From: Bacteroidota bacterium
GTDB taxonomy: Bacteria > Bacteroidota > Rhodothermia > Balneolales > Balneolaceae
Direction of reading: 5' to 3'
Assembly (NCBI GenBank): GCA_009909035.1
Contig: JAAAOB010000172.1
Location: 3,721-67,720 of the forward strand
DNA length: 64,000 nt
The notes beneath the pieces are model-generated. The model was not told where the DNA came from, did not search any database, and saw only the letters and a program-made list of their open reading frames with translations. Shown here piece after piece: positions 40,233 to 50,830 of the stretch (positions within the stretch are counted from its first letter, which is position 1; the number at the start of each line of letters is the position of its first letter). Made by a program: the position numbers and the translations under genes.

Positions 40233-41436
40233 AATCTACCTTGGGTTTGTCGCACTGTTGGTGGTAATGTTTATCGGCTATCAGGCATTTGGGCCGCAGC
40301 CAACTGACTGGAGTCCATCATACAGCGGCTCCGATAAAACTCCCTATGGAGCCTACATTCTTGAAAACGAATTGAGCACGCTCTTTCCGGGACATCAAAT
40401 CCATCGGCTGACCATCCCTCCGTTCCGCTACCTGAGGAGCCGTAACATTTCGTCCGAAATGGTGAACTGGATCTTTTTAAATAACCAGGTTGATTTTGAG
40501 CCGAATGAGCTTGAAATGCTCCTGGAACGGGTGGCGTCGGGCGATGAGTTATTCGTCTCTGCATCGGCTCTGGGGGATAATCTTACAGACTCTCTCCAGC
40601 TATCGATAAAGTACAGCACGGCTCTTCAGCGCACGCTTCGGGATGGTGAGGAGGATCAAAATCGTGCGGATAGCCTGAATATGAACCTGGTGAATGCATC
40701 ACTCCGCGCTGATGATGGCTGGGCGTATGAGTCGAGACGGCATGGCTATTTTTCCCGCGTAGACACAACCAACACCGTGATTCTTGGACGGTTGTCAGAT
40801 GGGGAGGCCAATTTTGTTAAGGTTGAGTATGGAGATGGGGCAATTTTTGTTCACCTGTTTCCCGTGGCGTTGACCAACTACTATGTCAGAGAAAAAAAAT
40901 ATGCTGATTACGCTTTTAAATCACTATCCTACCTGCCCGTACGGAATACCGTTTGGGATGAATATTACAAAGCGGGCCGCCCGCGGTATAGTACTCCAAT
41001 GGGGTATATTCTCGATATCGAGCCTTTACGCAACGCCTGGTTTCTTGCACTCAGCGGAATAGTTTTATTTATGATTTTTAGGGGAAGAAGGGAACAGCGG
41101 CCCATTCCCGTACAGCAAAAACCGGTAAACAGTTCACTTGAATTTGCACGGACGATCAGCAAGCTTTATCTCGAAAAAGGTACTCATAAAGAGATTATGA
41201 ACAAGAAAATTCGGTTTTTCAGGGACTACTGCAGGCAGAGTCTCGGTATTGTTGTAACCGGTGAAAAACTGCCCTCTGCTCAGATTCTTTCTGACCGGTC
41301 GGGAGTACCGAAACAACAGGTCGCCAACCTGTTGGAATCAATCAGACATGCACGCAAACAATCTCAGATCACCAATGAAGAACTGGAAGAGGCAGCTTCA
41401 CAGATCGATAAATTTTATAAGGATAGCATACGATGA
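40216..41436 (+). CDS. DUF4350 domain protein
   Basis: DWSPSY...DKTPYG, WDEYYK and RREQRPIP....NSSLEFARTISKLY. Confidence 0.78.
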   Translation: MSKKDKIYLGFVALLVVMFIGYQAFGPQPTDWSPSYSGSDKTPYGAYILENELSTLFPGHQIHRLTIPPFRYLRSRNISSEMVNWIFLNNQVDFEPNELEMLLERVASGDELFVSASALGDNLTDSLQLSIKYSTALQRTLRDGEEDQNRADSLNMNLVNASLRADDGWAYESRRHGYFSRVDTTNTVILGRLSDGEANFVKVEYGDGAIFVHLFPVALTNYYVREKKYADYAFKSLSYLPVRNTVWDEYYKAGRPRYSTPMGYILDIEPLRNAWFLALSGIVLFMIFRGRREQRPIPVQQKPVNSSLEFARTISKLYLEKGTHKEIMNKKIRFFRDYCRQSLGIVVTGEKLPSAQILSDRSGVPKQQVANLLESIRHARKQSQITNEELEEAASQIDKFYKDSIR

Positions 41437-42482
41437 GTAACCATATTTCAGAGCCGGATAGTGATAAGAATCAATCGGCAGGAAAGCCCTCAGCAGATGA
41501 GAGCTTCACCCGGCCGTTTGAAGAGCGCATGGACTTGTCAGGGCTGAAAACCCTTGTTGAAAAGTTGCGGGATGGGATAGGCCGCGTTATTGTAGGGCAG
41601 AAACAAATGGTGGATCTGCTGATTGCCGCTCTTTTGGCAGATGGACACGTATTGATTGAAGGTGTTCCAGGCGTTGCGAAGACATTAACGGCAAGAGTGC
41701 TTGCCCAGCTGATTGATTCCCGGTTTTCCCGGATCCAGTTCACGCCTGATCTCATGCCGGCTGACGTCATCGGTACGAGTGTATTCAATCCCGAAAGCAC
41801 AGGATTTGAGTTCAGGCCCGGCCCGGTATTTTCAAATATCGTGTTGATCGATGAAATCAATCGCTCACCGGCCAAAACACAGGCCGCGCTGTTCGAGGTG
41901 ATGGAGGAGCGCCAAATAACGGTAGACGGTAATACCTATCGGTTCGATTCACCATTTATGGTGCTGGCAACACAAAATCCGATTGAACATGAGGGGACCT
42001 ACCGGCTGCCGGAAGCACAGCTCGACCGGTTTTTATTTAAAATTGATGTCCCTTATCCCGATCTATCTGATGAAATAAAAATACTCGAGGGCAGCTATGA
42101 GCGCCGCAGCCGGGTCGACTTTTCGAAATTGAAAACAGTAATTTCGGCTGATGAAATCAATCGTCAGAAAACGGTTGTCCGCAGCCTACACGTAGAAAAA
42201 AGCATTATGCGTTACATCGCCGGGATAATCCAGCATACACGTAACAGCAGCTATCTGTCCATTGGGGCTTCACCCCGGGCGGCCGTCTTTCTCATGCAGG
42301 CTTCGCAGGCATGGGCGGCCATGAACGGGCGTGATTTTGTAACACCGGAAGATGTTAAAGCGGTTGTGAAACCGGTACTGCGGCACCGCATGACGCTAAC
42401 GCCGGAAAAAGAGATGGAAGGAGCAAACATGGATGATGCAATTCGTTCGATTGTGGCAAAAGTGGAGGTGCCCCGCTCTTAG
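41433..42482 (+). CDS. MoxR family AAA+ ATPase
   Basis: GHVLIEGVPGVAKT, RIQFTPDLMPAD, DEINRSPAKTQAAL and ATQNPIE.EGTY.LPEAQLDRF. Confidence 0.95.
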   Translation: MSNHISEPDSDKNQSAGKPSADESFTRPFEERMDLSGLKTLVEKLRDGIGRVIVGQKQMVDLLIAALLADGHVLIEGVPGVAKTLTARVLAQLIDSRFSRIQFTPDLMPADVIGTSVFNPESTGFEFRPGPVFSNIVLIDEINRSPAKTQAALFEVMEERQITVDGNTYRFDSPFMVLATQNPIEHEGTYRLPEAQLDRFLFKIDVPYPDLSDEIKILEGSYERRSRVDFSKLKTVISADEINRQKTVVRSLHVEKSIMRYIAGIIQHTRNSSYLSIGASPRAAVFLMQASQAWAAMNGRDFVTPEDVKAVVKPVLRHRMTLTPEKEMEGANMDDAIRSIVAKVEVPRS

Positions 42483-42555
42483 GCTTGCTACGGCTGCGAT
42501 TTTTTGAACTTCTTTTGCTATATATTTAAATAGGATACTGGTTGATACGACTACC

Positions 42556-43884
42556 ATGTGGATTAAAGATCTTTTCCTTTCAAACCGTTTTTTCTTGTCG
42601 CTATCGTGTATCGTATTGCTCTATATATCGGAGTATTTGATGCTTATTCCGGCCGGCAGTGCGGGCGTCTGCCTTGCCGTTTTTGCAATCCTGTCTGTGG
42701 CCGATATGGGGATTCTCTTTCGGAATCGCAACGGGTTGTATGCTGAAAGACACCTGGCGGGGCGCCTCTCCAACGGAGATGAAAACGAGGTCAGAATCAG
42801 GGTGGTCAGCAGGTATATATTTAATATTTCTGGCGAGGTGATTGATGAGCTGCCCGGGCAGCTGCAGGTCCGCGACTTTTCACTCAGCATTAATCTGCAA
42901 CCGGGTGCTGAGGTTGAGCGGGGCTATACCGTCAGACCCACGGAAAGGGGAGAGTATCACTTTGGAAGACTTCTTGTGTATGTACGTTCGCAGCTGGGCC
43001 TTGTAAAACGACGGTACGCGTTCGATGAAGGACACGCCGTTCCCGTCTACCCGTCATTTATTCAGATGCGTAAATTCGAGCTGATGGCCTTTTCGAATTG
43101 CCCAGCCGATACCGGTCTCAAACGGATTCCGCGGGTAGGACATACCATGGAGTTTGATCGCATCAAAGAGTACGTGCGCGGTGATGATGTGCGGGCCATC
43201 AACTGGAAGGCAACAGCACGAGCCAATACCCTGATGGTAAATACCTACCAGGAAGAGCGATCGCAGCAGGTGATCAGTATTATTGATACCGGGCGGGCAA
43301 TGAAACCATCGTTTGGCGGTATGCACTTGATGGACTATGCGATCAATACGAGCCTTGTAATTTCTAATATCGTGCTGCTTAAAGAGGATCGTGCCGGACT
43401 AATTACCCTCTCAGCTAACGGAACCACATTTTTGAAGCCGCAGAAAAAGCGTGAACATATTCGTAAACTGCAGGAGCGGCTCTACAATCTGGAGACAAAC
43501 TTTTTGGAGTCTGATTACCGGCAGCTACTTCTGTCGCTGGGAAGAAATGTGCAAAAACGCAGCCTTCTGCTCTTCTACACAAACTTCGAAACCCTCGCGT
43601 CCATGAAGCGCCGGCTGCCCTGGCTCCGCAAAATAGCAAAAAAGCACCTTTTGGTGGTGCTGTTTTTTGAAAACGTAGAGCTGCAATCGGTCCTGGATCA
43701 GTCACCGGACACGATTGAAGAGATATACACCAAAACGGTGGCTGAACAGTTTAATTTTGAAAAACGACAAATGGTGAGAATTCTCAATCACTATGGCATT
43801 CAAACAGTTTTAACGCCTCCAAATGAATTGTCAGTGCATTCGATTAATAAATATCTTGAGCTAAAAGCAAGAGGATTGCTGTAG
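42556..43884 (+). CDS. DUF58 domain protein
   Basis: EF..IKEYVRGDDVRAINWKATAR and IDTGRAM. Confidence 0.9.
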   Translation: MWIKDLFLSNRFFLSLSCIVLLYISEYLMLIPAGSAGVCLAVFAILSVADMGILFRNRNGLYAERHLAGRLSNGDENEVRIRVVSRYIFNISGEVIDELPGQLQVRDFSLSINLQPGAEVERGYTVRPTERGEYHFGRLLVYVRSQLGLVKRRYAFDEGHAVPVYPSFIQMRKFELMAFSNCPADTGLKRIPRVGHTMEFDRIKEYVRGDDVRAINWKATARANTLMVNTYQEERSQQVISIIDTGRAMKPSFGGMHLMDYAINTSLVISNIVLLKEDRAGLITLSANGTTFLKPQKKREHIRKLQERLYNLETNFLESDYRQLLLSLGRNVQKRSLLLFYTNFETLASMKRRLPWLRKIAKKHLLVVLFFENVELQSVLDQSPDTIEEIYTKTVAEQFNFEKRQMVRILNHYGIQTVLTPPNELSVHSINKYLELKARGLL

Positions 43885-44016
43885 GCATGTCACGGCTTGA
43901 TGAGCCGGCATGAGTTCTTTCATAGCGAATTGTGATAAATTTGATAGGATATCATTATATGTAAATGGCCTGGGAATTTGCGATATTTATCCAAACATTA
44001 AAAAAACAAATACAAT

Positions 44017-44343
44017 ATGAGCAACACAGTAGAATTCACGGATAATAATTTTTCTGATGAAGTAGAAAGCAGCAGTAAACCTGTCCTGGTAGATTTTTGG
44101 GCCGAATGGTGCGGTCCCTGCCGAATGGTGGGTCCTGTTGTGGACGAAATTGCCGGCGAATATGACGGCAAAGCAAAAGTCGGAAAAGTAAATGTAGATA
44201 ATAACCCTAATATCTCCGTTAAATACGGTATTCGCAGTATTCCTGCGCTGCTGATTTTTAAGGATGGAGAGGTTGTGGATCAGATTGTTGGAGCTGTTCC
44301 AAAAGCTCAAATCAAGAAGCAGCTTGATGCACAGCTTGCATAA
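44017..44343 (+). CDS. trxA: Thioredoxin
   Basis: DFWAEWCGPCRM and IRSIP. Confidence 0.96.
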   Translation: MSNTVEFTDNNFSDEVESSSKPVLVDFWAEWCGPCRMVGPVVDEIAGEYDGKAKVGKVNVDNNPNISVKYGIRSIPALLIFKDGEVVDQIVGAVPKAQIKKQLDAQLA

Positions 44344-44374
44344 ATCCGGATGATTGTCAGCAGTTGTAATTTAC

Positions 44375-44401
44375 AAAAAGGCCGCAATACGCGGCCTTTT
44401 T
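44375..44401. terminator. Bidirectional-type Rho-independent terminator
   Basis: AAAAAGGCCGC-AATAC-GCGGCCTTTTT. Confidence 0.8.
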
Positions 44402-44728
44402 CTATTCTATAGCGTTGAAGAGGTTTGAAACCGTACGGAACAGCCAACACGAGCTCAATCGTTGAACTTGGAGCGTTAAGGCAGTGAAATCTCACGAACG
44501 ATTATGTATTTCTGAAAGTAGCTGATTATTGCGCTGCAGTCAGGTTTTGCCAAACCAATTTACAATCTCCGCACACAGTGTCTAAATTAATGTATCTCCG
44601 GACCGTACATTTCTAAAAAGTTAAACTACATAGTTTTACATCTTCTTGGAACACCCGGCAGAACTTTATTCCTACCTTATTCGTTGTGAAATATCACCAA
44701 TTTTACCAACTACCTAATATTTCTTTTT

Positions 44729-45814
44729 TTGAAAAAAGTATCCATACTTACCGTTGTACTAATCGTTTTTGCGCTACTTGCGTATCCCAAAGTTAAACCT
44801 CTTTTTAGTTCGTCGCCAGATAGTAGCCGTACCGAAAGTGGTCAGGCTGCGAATGACCGGCTGAACGTGGAGGCTGTTCAATTGGAGTACGAAACCATCG
44901 ATGATCAAATTTTCACCAGCGGGTCCATTCTTGCCGACGAAGAGGTGGAACTGAGCGCAGAGGCATCCGGAATTGTCACAGGAATTTTTATTGATGAGGG
45001 ATCGTATGTGGATGAGGGCGAGCTTCTACTGAAAATTAATGACAGTGAACTCCAGGCAGAGAAGCAGAGAGCAGCGTTCCGGTTAGCCCTGGCCGAACAG
45101 CGGGAAGAGCGACAAAGACGCCTGCTGGAGCGGGGAGGAATCAGCCAGGATGACTACGACGCTACCCTAAACGAGGTAAATGTGATCCGCTCTGAACTGG
45201 ATTTAATAAACGCAAGGATCAATCAAACGGAAATACGGGCGCCATTCTCCGGACGAATCGGGCTCAAATATGTTAGCGAGGGCAGTTATATCAGTCCAAA
45301 TTCACGAATCGCAACGCTCCAGGCGCTGGACCGGGTTAAAATTGATTTTTCAGTACCGGAACGCTACATGGCGAGAGTTTCAGAGGGTGACAAAATAACG
45401 TTTACGGTTCAGGGAATCGATAGTACGTTTACCGGCGAAGTATATGCCATTGAACCGCGCATCAACCGCGAAACGCGGACGATACAGCTTCGTGCCCGCA
45501 GCGAAAATGAAGGCCACATGTTGTTTCCGGGTGCATTTACAAACATAACGCTGATTCTCGATTCTATTGAGGATGCCCTGATGGTCCCGACGATATCGCT
45601 TATTCCCGAACTGAACAGCCAGAAACTTTATGTGGTACGAAACGATGAAGTTTCAGAAGTCCGGGTTCAAACAGGGATTCGAACCAGTGAAAAGGTGCAG
45701 ATTACGGAGGGTGTAGCCGTGGGAGATACAGTTCTCACAACTGGATTGCTGCAGGTTAATCCCGGGATGAAGGTAAATATCACAAATATGGGATCGGTAT
45801 CAGATTATGAGTAG
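44729..45814 (+). CDS. RND efflux periplasmic adaptor (membrane fusion protein)
   Basis: N-terminal TM, lipoyl halves (EGSYVDEGELL; IRAPFSGRIG) and an alpha-hairpin. Confidence 0.92.
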   Translation: MKKVSILTVVLIVFALLAYPKVKPLFSSSPDSSRTESGQAANDRLNVEAVQLEYETIDDQIFTSGSILADEEVELSAEASGIVTGIFIDEGSYVDEGELLLKINDSELQAEKQRAAFRLALAEQREERQRRLLERGGISQDDYDATLNEVNVIRSELDLINARINQTEIRAPFSGRIGLKYVSEGSYISPNSRIATLQALDRVKIDFSVPERYMARVSEGDKITFTVQGIDSTFTGEVYAIEPRINRETRTIQLRARSENEGHMLFPGAFTNITLILDSIEDALMVPTISLIPELNSQKLYVVRNDEVSEVRVQTGIRTSEKVQITEGVAVGDTVLTTGLLQVNPGMKVNITNMGSVSDYE

Positions 45815-48800
45815 ACTTTCATCTTTAAGTATACGCCGCCCGGTCCTTGCGTCGGTCATGTCAATCGTGATTGTCCTGTTCGGCATTATCTCGTTCTTTT
45901 ACCTCGGTGTGCGCGAGTATCCGTCGGTTGATCCACCAATTGTGACGGTTTCCACCAGCTATGTGGGGGCAAATGCTGAGGTAATAGAATCACAAATTAC
46001 AGAGCCCATTGAAGAGTCTGTAAATGGTGTGGCCGGAATACGAACATTAACCTCCGTCAGCCGCGAAGGACAGAGCACAATTACTGTTGAGTTTGAGCTT
46101 GAAATTGACCTGGAGGCGGCGGCAAATGATGTGCGGGATAAAGTATCAAATGCCCAGCGAAATTTGCCGGTTGATGCTGAACCGCCGTCTGTGACAAAAG
46201 CCGACGCGGACTCATCACCCATCGTCTTCCTGAATATACGAAGCGACAGGCGGAACCTGCTGGATCTCACCGCTATTGCCGAAAATACCTTTAAAGAGCA
46301 GCTTCAAACGATCCCGGGTGTAAGCCAGATACAAATTTGGGGATCGAAAACATATGCCATGCGAATGTGGATGGATCCCATTCGGCTGGCAGCCTATAAT
46401 TTAACACCGCTTGATGTTCGGAATGCGCTCGAACGGGAAAATGTGGAACTGCCGTCCGGACGAATTGAAGGGATGTCGACCGAGCTGAGTGTTCGAACCA
46501 TGGGACGGCTCACGACTGCAGAGGAGTTTAACAACCTGATCATAAAAGAGGAAAGCGGGCAAAAAATAAGATTTCGGGAGATTGGATATGCTGAAATGGG
46601 AGCCCAAAATGAGCGCACGGTTCTCAAACGGAATGGGGTCCCCATGGTAGGGATAGTAGCCATTCCGCAGCCCGGGTCGAACCAGCTTAATATTGCTGAA
46701 GAGTTTTTTAACCGGGTTGAGCGAATTAAAGCCGATTTGCCGGAAGATGTGAGCATTGCCACGGGATTTGATACAACAGAATATATAAATCAGTCGATCA
46801 ATGAAGTACAGCAGACCGTATTCGTTGCGCTGGCTCTTGTTGTGCTCGTTATATTCCTTTTCTTGCGGGATGCCCGCTCCACATTGATTCCGGTAATTGT
46901 AATTCCAATTGCACTGATTGGGACATTTTTTGTGATGTATGTTGCCGGCTTTTCAATCAATGTATTGACAATGCTGGCTATCGTACTGGCCATCGGCCTT
47001 GTAGTGGATGATGCGATTGTGGTATTGGAGAATATTTACGCCAAAATGGAGAAGGGGCTCCCCACAATTGAGGCCGGAATCCTGGGGTCAAAAGAGATCT
47101 TCTTTGCCGTCGTTGCTACCTCACTTGCTTTGGTATCTGTGTTTCTGCCGATCATGTTCCTGGGAGGGCAAACCGGCCGTCTTTTCCGGGAGTTTGGTGT
47201 TGTTATAGCCGGCGCTGTTATTATTTCTTCGTTTGTTGCATTGACGTTAACCCCAATGCTTGCGACAAAAATTCTGAGCAAAGGTGCTGAAAAAAACAGG
47301 TTCTACAAGTTTACGGAGCCTTTTTTTGAATGGCTCAATTCAGTTTATAAGACATCTCTTGAATCCTTTATGAAAATGCGATGGTTGGCTTTCGTCATTA
47401 TCGGGATTGCCGGCGGATGTATAGCGCTTCTCTATAGCAATATTCCCGAGGAGCTTGCCCCGCGCGAAGATCGCGGCCAGATACGGATGTTTGCCACTGC
47501 ACCCGAAGGCGCGTCGTTTGAGTATATGGACAATTACGTGGATAAAATGATTGAGGTCGTCCGGGATAACGTCCCTGAGATTGTGGCAATGAATACCGTT
47601 ACATCTCCCGGATTCGGAGCCTCCGGATCCATTAATTCCGCCTTTGCATTCATCACATTGACAGATGCAGAGACTCGTGAGCGAAGCCAGGATGAAATTG
47701 CCAACCAGATTTCGGGCTTAATGAGCAATCTGACAGGCGCGCAAACCTTTGTATCCCAACCACAATCTATCGGAAACAGGCGGGGCGGTCTACCCGTGCA
47801 GTATGTGCTCCAGGCGCAAACACTGGATCAACTGAAAGAGGTTATCCCTGAATTTTTGAGGGAGGCGAATGCAGATGAAACATTTATCTTTGCAGAGGTG
47901 GACCTGAAATTTAACCAGCCGGAGCTGCGTGTACAGATTGAACGAGACCGGGCACGCACACTGGGTGTGTCAGTCAGAGATATCGCCCAGACGCTGCAGC
48001 TATCGCTTTCCGGAACACGGTTCGCCTATTTCATCATGGATAGTAAACAGTACTGGGTGATTGGCCAGATGGAACGAGAGCACAGAAACGAGCCGGTTGA
48101 CTTAAAGACCATTTACGTCAGAAATCAAAATAACGAGCTCATACAACTCGACAATCTTGTAACGGTTACCGAAGACAGCAGCCCGCCGCAACTTTACCGC
48201 TTTAACCGGTTTAACTCCGCTACAATATCCGCTCAGCTGGCCGGCGATAAAACGATCAGCGACGGAATTGAAGCGATGGATGCTATAGCTGGCCGGGTGC
48301 TGCCGGAAAATATGGTGACAGATCTTGCCGGGCCATCGCGTGATTTTGCTGAAAGTGCATCAAGCCTTCTCTTTATCTTTCTTCTGGCAATCGTATTGAT
48401 CTACCTGGTTCTTGCCGCTCAGTTTGAAAGCTTTATTGATCCGCTTATCATTCTTTTTACTGTGCCGCTGGCCCTATTCGGGACCCTGGTCTCGATCTGG
48501 TATTTTGATCAAACGCTGAATATTTTCAGTCAGATTGGAGCCATCATGCTTATCGGCCTGATCGCAAAAAATGGTATTTTAATTGTTGAATTTGCAAATC
48601 AGCGCCAGGAACAGGGGCTTGGCATTATGGAATCGATTATGGATGCTGCGGCCGTACGCTTCAGGCCCATCCTGATGACCACAATTTCCACAATTCTTGG
48701 GATTTTGCCGATTGCGCTGGCTTTGGGTGCCGGGTCAGAGAGTCGCTCCTCCATGGGTATAGCGGTTATCGGGGGACTCTTTATCGGTAGTGTGTTTACG

Positions 48801-48911
48801 CTTTACGTGATTCCTGCCATCTATTCCTACCTGTCAACAGATAAAAGTGATACAAAAGAAGTAGATGAACGCGCAAAGCATGCGGAAGAACTCGAAACAG
48901 CCAGTGTTTAG
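45807..48911 (+). CDS. RND efflux permease (AcrB/MdtB-like)
   Basis: 1034 aa with IGLVVDDAIVVLENI, KNGILIVEFA and RFRPILMT. Confidence 0.95.
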   Translation: MSRLSSLSIRRPVLASVMSIVIVLFGIISFFYLGVREYPSVDPPIVTVSTSYVGANAEVIESQITEPIEESVNGVAGIRTLTSVSREGQSTITVEFELEIDLEAAANDVRDKVSNAQRNLPVDAEPPSVTKADADSSPIVFLNIRSDRRNLLDLTAIAENTFKEQLQTIPGVSQIQIWGSKTYAMRMWMDPIRLAAYNLTPLDVRNALERENVELPSGRIEGMSTELSVRTMGRLTTAEEFNNLIIKEESGQKIRFREIGYAEMGAQNERTVLKRNGVPMVGIVAIPQPGSNQLNIAEEFFNRVERIKADLPEDVSIATGFDTTEYINQSINEVQQTVFVALALVVLVIFLFLRDARSTLIPVIVIPIALIGTFFVMYVAGFSINVLTMLAIVLAIGLVVDDAIVVLENIYAKMEKGLPTIEAGILGSKEIFFAVVATSLALVSVFLPIMFLGGQTGRLFREFGVVIAGAVIISSFVALTLTPMLATKILSKGAEKNRFYKFTEPFFEWLNSVYKTSLESFMKMRWLAFVIIGIAGGCIALLYSNIPEELAPREDRGQIRMFATAPEGASFEYMDNYVDKMIEVVRDNVPEIVAMNTVTSPGFGASGSINSAFAFITLTDAETRERSQDEIANQISGLMSNLTGAQTFVSQPQSIGNRRGGLPVQYVLQAQTLDQLKEVIPEFLREANADETFIFAEVDLKFNQPELRVQIERDRARTLGVSVRDIAQTLQLSLSGTRFAYFIMDSKQYWVIGQMEREHRNEPVDLKTIYVRNQNNELIQLDNLVTVTEDSSPPQLYRFNRFNSATISAQLAGDKTISDGIEAMDAIAGRVLPENMVTDLAGPSRDFAESASSLLFIFLLAIVLIYLVLAAQFESFIDPLIILFTVPLALFGTLVSIWYFDQTLNIFSQIGAIMLIGLIAKNGILIVEFANQRQEQGLGIMESIMDAAAVRFRPILMTTISTILGILPIALALGAGSESRSSMGIAVIGGLFIGSVFTLYVIPAIYSYLSTDKSDTKEVDERAKHAEELETASV

Positions 48912-50235
48912 TAAATTGAAGAAAACGACGATCGTAATCACGCTGCTCCTGCTATTTTTAAGCAGCTCTCTGTACGGCCAAAACAGACTTTCACTTGAAG
49001 AGGCTGTTCAGATAGGGCTGGAAAATAACTACAACATCCAGTTATTTGAAAACCGGCTGGAGATTGCCAATAACAATCACTCATTTGGCAACGCCGGATT
49101 CCTTCCCTCTGTTGAACTGACCGGCAGCCGTTCGGAAAGGGTGGAAGACAATGAATTTGAGACAACTCAAGAGCGCCAGACCACAAGCGGTGCCAGGAGT
49201 ACCAATACAGCTGCATCTATAAATTTTGACTGGACGATTTTTGACGGCCTTCAGATGTTTAGAAGCTATAACCTGCTGGATGAACTGGAAAAAGTAAGTG
49301 ACCTGGAGCTGCGGTTTGAAATGGAACAGCTTGTCCGGGCAGTCACCACTTCCTACTATGAAATTATCCGGATTGAAAATCAAGTCAGCGTATTGGAAAA
49401 TACGGTGGATGTATCACTGGAACGTATCGAGATAGAAGAGACAAAACTCGATCTTGGGTCGGGATCTGAGGCAGAGTTGCTGCAGGCCCGATCGGATTTA
49501 AATGCAGACAGAGCCGCGCTGCTGCGCGAACGGAACATCCTGAACGAAGCAAAAATTGCGTTGAATGAGCTGCTTGCGCGCGACCCAATGGCAGGTATTA
49601 CCGTGGGCCGGGACATCCCGCTACGCCGCGATTTGGACGAAGCTGAGCTATTTGAACGATTAAAAGATCAGAATGCTGAGCTGCAGCTTGCACGTATCGA
49701 GCAGAATGTTGCCGATCTTGAATACCGGAGGATTCGTGGAGAGCGTTACCCTGAAATTTCGCTTACATCCGGGTACACGTTTAACCGCACGGATGGGGGC
49801 GGAAGCTTCTTTCGGTTTAATGAAACAAGGGGATTTTCAGTGGGTGTTACCGCCCGTTTCAACCTTTTTGATGGATTTAACACAAATCGCAGAGTACAGA
49901 ATGCAAAAATCAGCCGCAAGAACAGCGAGCTGCAGCTGCGCGAAAGCCGTCTGAGACTCGAATCTGAATTCAGGTCAATTTATCGCACCTATTTGAGCAG
50001 TCTTGAACTTGTAGATCTTGAGCGCGAAAATCTGTCGAATGCTGAGGAAACTCTCGACATTGCACTTGAACGGTTTCGATTGGGAGATATAAGCTCGCTT
50101 GAACTCCGCGAGGCGCAGCGGACATTTTTGGCAGCGGAAAACCGGTTGATCACAACGCTGTTTGAGGCTAAAATTGCCGAAACTGAATTATTGCAGTTAG
50201 CGGGCCTGCTTTCGGTATCTGAAACCGGTGAATAG
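48865..50235 (+). CDS. TolC family outer-membrane protein
   Basis: Signal peptide, LSLEEAVQIGLENN, and two OEP repeats (LPSVEL; YPEISL...LFDG). Confidence 0.9.
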   Translation: MNAQSMRKNSKQPVFSKLKKTTIVITLLLLFLSSSLYGQNRLSLEEAVQIGLENNYNIQLFENRLEIANNNHSFGNAGFLPSVELTGSRSERVEDNEFETTQERQTTSGARSTNTAASINFDWTIFDGLQMFRSYNLLDELEKVSDLELRFEMEQLVRAVTTSYYEIIRIENQVSVLENTVDVSLERIEIEETKLDLGSGSEAELLQARSDLNADRAALLRERNILNEAKIALNELLARDPMAGITVGRDIPLRRDLDEAELFERLKDQNAELQLARIEQNVADLEYRRIRGERYPEISLTSGYTFNRTDGGGSFFRFNETRGFSVGVTARFNLFDGFNTNRRVQNAKISRKNSELQLRESRLRLESEFRSIYRTYLSSLELVDLERENLSNAEETLDIALERFRLGDISSLELREAQRTFLAAENRLITTLFEAKIAETELLQLAGLLSVSETGE

Positions 50236-50299
50236 GCCGTTGCGCGTGGCGGATGCTGCGAAAGAGCTGCCGGCAGAATACCATTCCAGGGTCTTGCGG

Positions 50300-50713
50300 C
50301 TAATCACCGCTGCTGCGGTTCAGCACAAAATGAAGGTGAGTGCCATTCTTTTTAAACTCGATTTTGTCTGCAAATTGCCGGATCAGGAAGAGTCCCCGGC
50401 CGCTTGTATCGAGTAAGTTCTGCTCTTTTAATGGATTTTTTTCTTCATCAGGAGTAAATCCTTCTCCTTCATCTATTATATCCGCTGTGATCGATTTATC
50501 TGAAACAACCACCGATACCTCGACCTTTTTAGTCTCTTGCTCCCGGTTCCCGTGTACCACCGCATTTGTAACGGCTTCGCTCAGCACAAGCTTAAAGGTC
50601 TCGGCTCTGTCTTCATCCAGGCTGCATTCATCCCGAATGTAATCAGCAAAGTCAGGAATTTTTTCTACTTCCTCATATGTAGAGAAGAGATTGAGAGTAA
50701 ATGTCTGTTTCAT
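50300..50713 (-). CDS. RsbW-like anti-sigma factor / HATPase_c protein
   Basis: SEAVTNAVVHGN, DEGEGF and GRGLFLI. Start at ATG 50713. Confidence 0.85.
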   Translation of the reverse strand: MKQTFTLNLFSTYEEVEKIPDFADYIRDECSLDEDRAETFKLVLSEAVTNAVVHGNREQETKKVEVSVVVSDKSITADIIDEGEGFTPDEEKNPLKEQNLLDTSGRGLFLIRQFADKIEFKKNGTHLHFVLNRSSGD

Positions 50714-50830
50714 AATAGATGAACGTTCCCGTCTGCAGTTTATAATAGTCGCTGCAGAACATGAGTATGTATCTGTACCTAATGTACTGATTTGCAAATT
50801 ACATGTTTCCGAGGAAAAATGTAGCCTGTA

